From Candidatus Saccharimonadota bacterium (GTDB taxonomy: Bacteria; Patescibacteriota; Saccharimonadia; Saccharimonadales; Saccharimonadaceae): a stretch of DNA of 32,000 nucleotides. Below the pieces are notes generated by a model, which saw nothing but the letters and a program-made list of their open reading frames with translations, had not been told where the DNA came from and ran no database searches. The position numbers and the translations under genes are program-made. Every line of letters begins with the position of its first letter. The stretch's first letter is position 1. The DNA lies in the NCBI GenBank assembly GCA_001029695.1, contig CP011211.1, positions 840,001 to 872,000 on the forward strand, written 5' to 3'. Shown here piece after piece: positions 14,227 through 21,052 of the stretch.

Positions 14227-15021
14227 ATGGTTCAGTTAAAAAAAGTAAATTGGTTTCGACGATTCTTTGCAGTGCATAGATTCACATGGATCGTAGCTTG
14301 TGTGGTATTTTTACTTGTTGGTGCGGGAGTAGTATACGCCGCATTTAGCGTGCAGTATTGGAAGTCGTATGATAACAATAAGACCACAGCTAAAGTAATC
14401 CTTCGTGAGGATATTGATAAAGTCTTTGCTGTAAAGGCGAATAGTGAACAGGATAGGAAGGCGATGCTTCATTCTCTGAAGCTGATCCACGAGAAAACCC
14501 AACGCTATAATGAGCACTGTCAGTCACAGATTTTTTATAAATGGCAGGAGGTATTGCCTGCTATCGCAAAAACCACACAGGCGTGCTATGACGCAGGTAG
14601 GTCAGTGGTAGATATGGGGAATCAGATCGCTGAACTGGTTGCCTATGTAGCAGTGAGAGAGCATCTCGCGCTTAGTATTACTGAACTAGTGAATGCTACG
14701 AATACCGTCGAAGAGTCTCAGTGGGATGAAATGAGTGATCGTTGGAAGAAATTGACTGAGACGCTGAAAGAGAGCGACGCGTCAGAAACTTCTCGATTGG
14801 AGGTGAAATCGCTTCAGGAGAATGCTAGTGCAATTGCTGCGACTTGGGGGGAGTTGTCACAAGCGAATAAGGCTAAAGATAGGCCAAAGTATGAGGCAGC
14901 AACAGCAAAACTTACTGAATTATACGCGAACTTTGATGCGATATCGGTGGCGCAAGTTGAAACTACTGAAGCGCTTATAGCTAAAGTCGACATGAGTTAT
15001 CAAAAAATGCTTAAGCAATAG
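14227..15021 (+). CDS. Membrane-anchored helical protein, function unknown
   Basis: I trimmed the track ORF to the ATG at 14227, which is 2 nt after the upstream stop. One N-terminal TM segment (FTWIVACVVFLLVGAGVVYAAF) is followed by a roughly 220-aa helix-rich ectodomain. Confidence 0.6.
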   Translation: MVQLKKVNWFRRFFAVHRFTWIVACVVFLLVGAGVVYAAFSVQYWKSYDNNKTTAKVILREDIDKVFAVKANSEQDRKAMLHSLKLIHEKTQRYNEHCQSQIFYKWQEVLPAIAKTTQACYDAGRSVVDMGNQIAELVAYVAVREHLALSITELVNATNTVEESQWDEMSDRWKKLTETLKESDASETSRLEVKSLQENASAIAATWGELSQANKAKDRPKYEAATAKLTELYANFDAISVAQVETTEALIAKVDMSYQKMLKQ

Positions 15022-15048
15022 CATCATGCTACAATAAAAGGTAGCACT

Positions 15049-16950
15049 ATGCTAAAACAAAAACTTATATCCATCATTAACGCAATAAAAAAACTCCCCA
15101 AGATTACTCTTGTTGGCGTTCCTGTTCTACTCGGTCTTCTCATTATCGGTATAGTGGCGCTTTGGCCACAGACAATTACCTATAGCTATCAACAGGCAGC
15201 TTGCACGGAGCAGCTGACGGTGGCGCCAGGCTTATTTAAGAGTAAGGACTCTTCTGATTATCAGCTCAAGCCTGGTAAGATTATTGAAATTGCCGGAGTA
15301 AAGCTAGCAAGTCGTGAATTATGTGTGACAGCGACTGCTACCCCACAGCCAGGCGATCATGCCGTTTCATGGTCTCTTGGCGGTCTTCCCGGAAAAAAGG
15401 TAACGATCAAGACGGCGCCGCACCCCGTCGCGTCGGTAGCGAAACTTAACAACCCTGTTCCGGTTAGCCGTCCGCTTGAGTTATCTTTGAATGTACCTGA
15501 TGATGTGTTTCAGTATCATCTACAGGCAACAGATAAAACCGTTGTGTGTGAGAATCAGTCTCGCGCATTGCGCTGTGATATTTCACAGCTGCAGCTTAAG
15601 CAAGGTACTGCATATGAGATGGTCGTCTCTCGGTACTTTAAGGACCAAAAGGTAAGTACACTTGCAAAGAAACAGGTGGAGACACTTTCAGCAACAACTG
15701 TAGTAGGAAGTTCGATCAAGCCGAATGGGGTAGTGTACGATAAGCCAAAATCTATGCAGATTGATTTTGATAAGCCTATAGTATCTGCAAAGACAGAATT
15801 GGTAAAGATTGATGGTGATTCACGCAAAGTAGTTCCATCTACGCTCACCACCGAAGGTGCGGTTTCGCGCGTCGAATGGCCAGATGACCTCGATCGATCA
15901 GCCAGCTATGAGCTTGCCGTGAAGGATGTTGTTGCACGAGACGGAAGTTCTTTGCTTGATCCGTATACTGTGCCGTTTAAAGTGTCAGGTGGTCCAAAAG
16001 TATCAAATGTTAGTGTCGGGAGTTCCCAGGTGCCTCTAGGGGCTACTATTGTTGTTACTTTTGACCAACCTCTGTCGGATAAGCAGGATATAGCTAAGGG
16101 AGTGTCGGTGACAGGGGGGCTCACAGTCGCTGGCCGGCAAGGTGATCGACTCCTTATCTCAACGGCTAATGTACCGAGATGTGGTGATGTGGCGATCGCG
16201 TTATCTGATGAATTGCAAAGTAAATATGATGTGACAGGCGGGTCGGTATGGAAATTTGCTGCGAGGATGAGTTGTAAAACTGTCGAAACTATCGGATATT
16301 CTGCCAAAGGCCGAGCTATTACCGCATACACTCTCGGTAATGGCCCTACTAAGGTAGTGTATACCGGGGCGATACACGGTAACGAAGTTAGTACAAAGGC
16401 ATTGATGATGAAATGGATCGACGAACTTGACGTAAATTCAAAGAATATCCCAGCAGATAAATCTGTCGTGGTGGTTCCAACTATTAACCCCGATGGCGTT
16501 GCTTCGGGCACGCGTACAAACGGTAATAACGTTGACCTCAATAGGAATTTCGGAACTGCTGACTGGAAAAAGGATATTACTACTGTAACAAACGCACCAT
16601 TCCCAGGTGGCGGCGGATCGGCAGCTATGTCTGAGCCTGAGACGAAAGCTATGGCGACTTTTATAGGTCGTTTGCAGCCGCGACTTGTGCTTTCGTATCA
16701 TAGTATCGGTGGACTACTCGTTGCTAATCAAGCAGGTGTATCAAGCGCTTACGCAAGAACCTATACAAACCTGAGTGGCTACGCTAACACCACAGGCTCA
16801 GATTCCACCTTTGAATATGCAATTAGCGGGACAGCTGACGATTATTACGCCGAACGCCTAGGTGTACCGAGTATTGTCATTGAGCTAGGTAGTCACTCGT
16901 ACCATCAGTTTGAACGAAATCAAAAGGCGATGTGGGCGATGCTTAATTAG
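15049..16950 (+). CDS. Membrane-anchored M14-family zinc carboxypeptidase with N-terminal Ig-like domains
   Basis: 633 aa with an N-terminal TM segment and a beta-rich middle region. The C-terminal domain carries M14 motifs: GAIHGNEVST (HxxE), NVDLNRNF, SEPETKA, SYHSIGG and IVIELG. It most resembles the gamma-D-Glu-meso-DAP peptidase-like subgroup. Confidence 0.8.
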   Translation: MLKQKLISIINAIKKLPKITLVGVPVLLGLLIIGIVALWPQTITYSYQQAACTEQLTVAPGLFKSKDSSDYQLKPGKIIEIAGVKLASRELCVTATATPQPGDHAVSWSLGGLPGKKVTIKTAPHPVASVAKLNNPVPVSRPLELSLNVPDDVFQYHLQATDKTVVCENQSRALRCDISQLQLKQGTAYEMVVSRYFKDQKVSTLAKKQVETLSATTVVGSSIKPNGVVYDKPKSMQIDFDKPIVSAKTELVKIDGDSRKVVPSTLTTEGAVSRVEWPDDLDRSASYELAVKDVVARDGSSLLDPYTVPFKVSGGPKVSNVSVGSSQVPLGATIVVTFDQPLSDKQDIAKGVSVTGGLTVAGRQGDRLLISTANVPRCGDVAIALSDELQSKYDVTGGSVWKFAARMSCKTVETIGYSAKGRAITAYTLGNGPTKVVYTGAIHGNEVSTKALMMKWIDELDVNSKNIPADKSVVVVPTINPDGVASGTRTNGNNVDLNRNFGTADWKKDITTVTNAPFPGGGGSAAMSEPETKAMATFIGRLQPRLVLSYHSIGGLLVANQAGVSSAYARTYTNLSGYANTTGSDSTFEYAISGTADDYYAERLGVPSIVIELGSHSYHQFERNQKAMWAMLN

Positions 16951-16967
16951 ATTCAGTAGACAATCTA

Positions 16968-16996
16968 TTGACTTATTTATAAAAATAATATATAAT
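16968..16996 (+). promoter_or_regulatory. Near-consensus promoter of the 77-aa ORF unit
   Basis: TTGACT (16968-16973), 17 nt spacer, TATAAT (16991-16996). Confidence 0.6.
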
Positions 16997-17038
16997 AATA
17001 TATTAGTAATCAACTAAAACAAAAAGAAAAGAATAGGT

Positions 17039-17272
17039 ATGAATAACGAACTAGAAAAAACGTCTATTGGTGTTGGCGGTCCAGAATCTCAAGAAGAAGT
17101 CGTACGCGTAGGGCACTCAACAAAGCAGAGTATGGGGCACAGCGCACTTGAAGGCGTTTGTCAAACACCAGTAACTCCTGGTGAGGCCCGTGATGGCGGA
17201 CTAGAGCTCTTTAGTCAAAAAACAGGCGAGGATCTTTTGCACCCTGACGAGCAAAGAGGCATTGCTGCATAA
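17039..17272 (+). CDS. Small acidic hypothetical protein (77 aa)
   Basis: The ORF is flanked by a near-consensus promoter and a strong terminator. The SD is weak and I recognise no motif. It could instead be a non-coding transcript. Confidence 0.4.
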   Translation: MNNELEKTSIGVGGPESQEEVVRVGHSTKQSMGHSALEGVCQTPVTPGEARDGGLELFSQKTGEDLLHPDEQRGIAA

Positions 17273-17290
17273 GTCTGATAAAGATATACA

Positions 17291-17326
17291 AAAAACGACC
17301 GCTCTCGCAGAGACGGTCGTTTTTTG
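17291..17326 (+). terminator. Intrinsic terminator
   Basis: AAAAACGACCGCTCT ... AGAGACGGTCGTTTTTT. The stem is about 11 bp with one bulge, and a T-run follows. Confidence 0.75.
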
Positions 17327-17484
17327 TATGCTCGGGACTTATTTGTTTTTGATAAGTCCAAACAGGTGCCTTTAGATCTCGCAATAGATCCAAGTTCATT
17401 CGGACAAACGAACTGTTTATATAATATAGCACCTAGTGAATATGTGCAACTGTATCTATATAATAAAAAGTGCTTGTGTAAATG

Positions 17485-17513
17485 TTGACAAAAAGCCTAT
17501 GCTATGCTATATT
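17485..17513 (+). promoter_or_regulatory. Near-consensus promoter of the KGG-protein gene
   Basis: TTGACA (17485-17490), 17 nt spacer, TATATT (17508-17513). This predicts an approximately 80-nt leader. The SD GAGGAG lies at 17587-17592. Confidence 0.55.
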
Positions 17514-17601
17514 AGTTTCATACACATAGCATATGTGAGGTAAACGGAGGGTTCGACTACTGTAATGGTGGCGGACCTTTTATAATGAGGAGACCAATAA
17601 T

Positions 17602-17841
17602 ATGGCAGGAACAAAAGCAGGCGGCATGAAAGCCGCAGCCGCAAACAAAGCAAAATACGGAGCTGATTTTTACGCAAAGATTGGTCAAAAGGGTGGAAAG
17701 CTCGGCAAGACCGGTGGTTTTGCTGCAAATCCAGACCTTGCTCGTATCGCAGGTGCTAAAGGTGGACGAATTAGTCGTCGCACTAAAAAAGTAACGACTA
17801 CTGTCGCTGCTCAAAAAGATGATTCCGATCAGGCAGCATAA
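17602..17841 (+). CDS. KGG-repeat stress-induced protein (YciG/GsiB-like)
   Basis: 79 aa, Gly/Lys/Ala-rich. Repeated units (AKIGQKGGKLG and ARIAGAKGGRIS) match the KGG motif pattern A..G.KGG. Confidence 0.6.
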   Translation: MAGTKAGGMKAAAANKAKYGADFYAKIGQKGGKLGKTGGFAANPDLARIAGAKGGRISRRTKKVTTTVAAQKDDSDQAA

Positions 17842-17856
17842 TTATAACTGTTGATT

Positions 17857-17899
17857 CCAATCAAAAAATACACCGTTAACGGTGTATTTTTTTGATTGG
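17857..17899. terminator. Bidirectional terminator between convergent genes
   Basis: An approximately 19-bp palindrome, CCAATCAAAAAATACACCG-TTAA-CGGTGTATTTTTTTGATTGG, with A and T runs on both sides. It overlaps the last codons of the minus-strand gene. Confidence 0.75.
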
Positions 17900-18349
17900 A
17901 TAGCGACGAAGTGCACAGAGCCTTGCTTCATTTACCTTCCATTCTTGACTACATGCCAAGCATTGATAAAGGTGTTTTTTGATTTGCAGCCCCGTCGTCT
18001 CGCAGTGTGGGCAGGTACTGCGCGAGTGGAGCCAGTCTCGGTACGTATCGAGTGTCGACTGAACGAGCTCATCTGTAATGACGGTATTGTAGTGTGATGC
18101 TAGTTGATCGATGGCGTAGCTCCATGCGTCTCGCTCGTGCTTTATGAGTTCTATGTCTCTACGGTATTCTGCATGCCCAAGAAGGGCGTGGCTGACTTCG
18201 TGAAGAAGAAAGGCGGCGCTGTCAGCTTCATTGCTTTGCCAATGAATAGTTGCAGTAGAGGGTGACCATGCGAACGTTTCCGATTGGTCAAATTCAAATT
18301 GAGGAAAGTCTTTCTGGAGTTGTTTAGCTAGTGAGTGTATCGAGCGCAT
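17876..18349 (-). CDS. HExxH metallopeptidase-like protein with a C-terminal zinc ribbon (ImmA/IrrE-like?)
   Basis: 157 aa. Contains FLLHEVSHALLGH, a downstream HERDAWSYA (compare the E..A..FA segment of ImmA/IrrE), and CPHC...17 aa...CLAC. Its start overlaps the ROK gene 3' end by 26 nt. Confidence 0.5.
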   Translation of the reverse strand: MRSIHSLAKQLQKDFPQFEFDQSETFAWSPSTATIHWQSNEADSAAFLLHEVSHALLGHAEYRRDIELIKHERDAWSYAIDQLASHYNTVITDELVQSTLDTYRDWLHSRSTCPHCETTGLQIKKHLYQCLACSQEWKVNEARLCALRRYPIKKIHR

Positions 18350-19136
18350 AGTAATAGCATCCGTAAATTACCGCCTCTTCTGGGTGATGTGCTTGAACGA
18401 AGGGCGGGCAAGGGATATGGTGAGGAAGCTTCTCTCGCAGGATATTCTCAAGCTGCATATGGTATTGGTCAAAATAAGTACCAATACTGCCGCCGATAAT
18501 GATGATTTCAGGCTGAATGAGTGGAATGACAGCAAGAAATCCGCGACTCACGCGATCAGCGATTTGATCCCAAGTCTTTTTATCGTGAATGTCGCGGGCG
18601 AACTTGCCGTAGGTCTTCATAATTGCTTGTCCACTTGCGAAGCTTTCCCATTCACGTACAACGCCGTCAAACTCAACAAGCGCTCGACCACCTTCGCTAT
18701 GGCGAAGTCCTGGGTCAATCTTTCCCTCTGTGATTACTCCTGTTCCGATACCTGTACTTACCGTGACGTAGAGCGAAGAGGCTGGCATAGGATCGCGCAT
18801 GCGTGTTTCTGCGAGTCCGGCAAGATTAGCGTCGTTTTCTATGAGGATAGGGGCGCTACCAAGTACTCCTTTGAGTGCCTCAGCGGCATCAAAGTTACTC
18901 CATTTTAGGTTGTTGCACCATATGGCAACTCCATCGCGTATGATACCTGGAAGAGCGACAACGACTGCTTCGACGCGCTGTCCTCCGTATAGTTTCTTAA
19001 GTGTGCTGCGAAGTTGTGCGATATATTCTTGTTGATCAGGCGGAGTTGGAAATTTTACCTGTTCGCCAATAATTCCATCTTTGGAAAATGCTGCAATCAG
19101 TGTCTTCGTGCCCCCGGTGTCGACTGTAACTAACAT
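18324..19136 (-). CDS. ROK-family sugar kinase (glucokinase-like, Cys-less variant)
   Basis: 270 aa. Contains the N-terminal VDTGGTKT ATP-binding motif, ENDANLAGLAE and IIIGGSIG. There is no N-terminal HTH. The usual ROK CxCGxxGCxE zinc motif is absent, as in polyphosphate glucokinase-type members. Confidence 0.8.
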   Translation of the reverse strand: MLVTVDTGGTKTLIAAFSKDGIIGEQVKFPTPPDQQEYIAQLRSTLKKLYGGQRVEAVVVALPGIIRDGVAIWCNNLKWSNFDAAEALKGVLGSAPILIENDANLAGLAETRMRDPMPASSLYVTVSTGIGTGVITEGKIDPGLRHSEGGRALVEFDGVVREWESFASGQAIMKTYGKFARDIHDKKTWDQIADRVSRGFLAVIPLIQPEIIIIGGSIGTYFDQYHMQLENILREKLPHHIPCPPFVQAHHPEEAVIYGCYYYALDTLTS

Positions 19137-19205
19137 AGTCTCCAGTGTACCATAGCTAGCTTTAAATAGACGGAGATCATTTGTACGGTATCTTGTTCGC
19201 TAATA

Positions 19206-19234
19206 TTGTATTAAATGCAAAAAACCTGTATAGT
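19206..19234 (+). promoter_or_regulatory. Candidate promoter of the LPXTG-protein gene
   Basis: TTGTAT (19206-19211), 17 nt spacer, TATAGT (19229-19234). Confidence 0.4.
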
Positions 19235-19262
19235 ATAAGAAAAGTTTTGTGAGAGGAACTGC

Positions 19263-19790
19263 ATGTACAACGACACACGAACAAATCAGGCCGGTTCAAT
19301 TGCTATTTTTCTAGTAGTAACTGTTTTGCTTGCTTTTGCGGTCGTTGGCGGAAGCTATCTGGTGCAGAAACGTGGAGTATCGGCGCGTAGTCAGATGCCA
19401 GTGCTAGAGGGTGCTACTTCTGAGCAGAAACCTCAGGAAGATTCGAATAAAAATAGCGAAAATTCTCAGTCAAACACTCAAGCTCAACAAGAGGCAGCAA
19501 AAAAAGCAGAGGAGGATCGTAAGAAATCCGAAGCAGCTGCCGCAGCGGAGAAGAAAGCTCAGGCTGACAAAGAGGCGAAGCAAAAGGCTGAACAGGAAGC
19601 TGCTAAACAGCCCCCAGTAACGTCGGTGCCGCAGACAAGCACTGCTCCTCAGCCTTCTGAAGCGCAACATCTTCCAACGACCGGTCCAACTGAGAATTTC
19701 ATCGCTGTTATTGGTGCGAGCATTTTACTCGGTGCAGTCGTTGCGTATCTTAAATCTTACAAATTCCGCTTCGGTTCATTCTTTAACTAG
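19263..19790 (+). CDS. LPXTG cell-wall-anchored protein with a low-complexity K/E/A/Q-rich stalk
   Basis: 175 aa with an N-terminal TM or signal segment. The central region is a charged repeat-like stretch (EEAAKKAEEDRKKSEAAAAAEKKAQADKEAKQKAEQEAAKQ). LPTTG at 19671-19685 is followed by a hydrophobic segment and a basic tail (KSYKFR). Confidence 0.8.
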   Translation: MYNDTRTNQAGSIAIFLVVTVLLAFAVVGGSYLVQKRGVSARSQMPVLEGATSEQKPQEDSNKNSENSQSNTQAQQEAAKKAEEDRKKSEAAAAAEKKAQADKEAKQKAEQEAAKQPPVTSVPQTSTAPQPSEAQHLPTTGPTENFIAVIGASILLGAVVAYLKSYKFRFGSFFN

Positions 19791-19801
19791 ACGGCTATCT
19801 A

Positions 19802-19831
19802 TTAGACATATCACGCTACTAGTGTTACAAT
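19802..19831 (+). promoter_or_regulatory. Candidate promoter of rpsA
   Basis: TTAGAC (19802-19807), 18 nt spacer, TACAAT (19826-19831). Confidence 0.4.
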
Positions 19832-19902
19832 GGTAGCAATCTTGGAGTCGCTTTTTGTAGCGCTCCGGAAATACAATTTAAGGAAGGAGTCTGAAAAGAC
19901 TT

Positions 19903-20973
19903 ATGGCACAAGCCGCAATAACAATGGACGACTTGCTCGCAGGTAGTGACGCGACAGTCAAGCAAATAACAGCAGGAGAAGTGATTACTGGTACAGTATT
20001 ATCGCTCCGTAAACACGAGGTTCTTATCGATCTCGGCGCACAGGGTGTTGGATTCGTTCCACGCCGCGAGGTTGGATTCTCACGTGCACTCAAAGAAGGT
20101 GACGAAGTCACTGCGAGTGTCGTGGATGCAGAACTTGATAACGGTTACTCACTGCTTTCACTTCGTAAGGCCGCAAAAGATCGCGGTTGGGAAGAAGTCG
20201 CTGCAAAACTCGAAAGTGGAGAAATTATCGAAGTATCACCGTACGATGCAAATCGTGGTGGACTTTTGGTTGAATACGAAGGTGTTCGTGGGTTCCTCCC
20301 AGTTTCACAACTTTCAGCAGAGCATTACCCTCGGGTTGGCTCAAGCGACAAAGACGAAATTCTTCAGCGTCTTAACGCACTGATCGGTCAGTCACTCAAG
20401 GTTCGTATTCTTGATAGCGATCGCAAGGCAAACAAGCTTATCTTCAGCGAAAAAGAAGCAATCAAAGATGGCCTCGCGGCTCGATTTGAAAAGCTCACTA
20501 TTGGCGATGAAGTAACAGGTGTTGTAACAGGTGTCGTTGACTTTGGCGTATTCGTCAATGTCGAAGGTATCGAAGGACTTGTACATATCTCAGAAATTAG
20601 CTGGGAGCGTGTCAACAATCCGAGTGACTACGTAAAGGTTGGTGAAACAATCAAAGCGAAAATCATTTCGATCGATAAAGACCGTCTAAGTCTTTCAATT
20701 AAGCAGCTTTCACAAGACCCATGGTTGGATGAAGTTGAGCAGTTTAAGCCTGGTACTGAAGTTGAAGGTACAGTGACTCGAATCACGCCATTTGGTGCAT
20801 TTGTACAGATCAGCCCAGCAGTCGAAGCGCTTGTTCATGTCAGTGAACTTGGTGAAGGTGATAACGCCGATCCTGAAAAAGTCTTCACTCTCAACGAGCG
20901 TAAAAGCTTTGTTGTTCTCGATGTTGATAAGGATAATCGTAAGATTTCCCTCAGCCTCAGCAAAAAGAAATAA
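19903..20973 (+). CDS. rpsA: 30S ribosomal protein S1 (short, four S1 domains)
   Basis: 356 aa with four repeats of the S1 OB-fold pattern (G..V.G.V......G..V.....EG..H.SE). Confidence 0.9.
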   Translation: MAQAAITMDDLLAGSDATVKQITAGEVITGTVLSLRKHEVLIDLGAQGVGFVPRREVGFSRALKEGDEVTASVVDAELDNGYSLLSLRKAAKDRGWEEVAAKLESGEIIEVSPYDANRGGLLVEYEGVRGFLPVSQLSAEHYPRVGSSDKDEILQRLNALIGQSLKVRILDSDRKANKLIFSEKEAIKDGLAARFEKLTIGDEVTGVVTGVVDFGVFVNVEGIEGLVHISEISWERVNNPSDYVKVGETIKAKIISIDKDRLSLSIKQLSQDPWLDEVEQFKPGTEVEGTVTRITPFGAFVQISPAVEALVHVSELGEGDNADPEKVFTLNERKSFVVLDVDKDNRKISLSLSKKK

Positions 20974-21052
20974 GCACACAGTTCTAACTTGTGCGATAAT
21001 TGCCGCCGTCTCCTAGGGTAGGAGCGAGCGGGCAGAAAGGAGTTTATAAGTC

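Noticed and set aside
17211-17432. Minus-strand ORF of 73 aa
   Set aside because: It overlaps the 3' end of the 77-aa ORF and runs straight through the terminator hairpin at 17291-17326. It has no promoter or SD.
20974-21052. Terminator between rpsA and infB
   Set aside because: Hairpins exist (about 20974-20995 and 21002-21033), but neither is followed by a T-run. They more likely form a structured infB leader or an mRNA stabiliser. The evidence is not strong enough to call either way.
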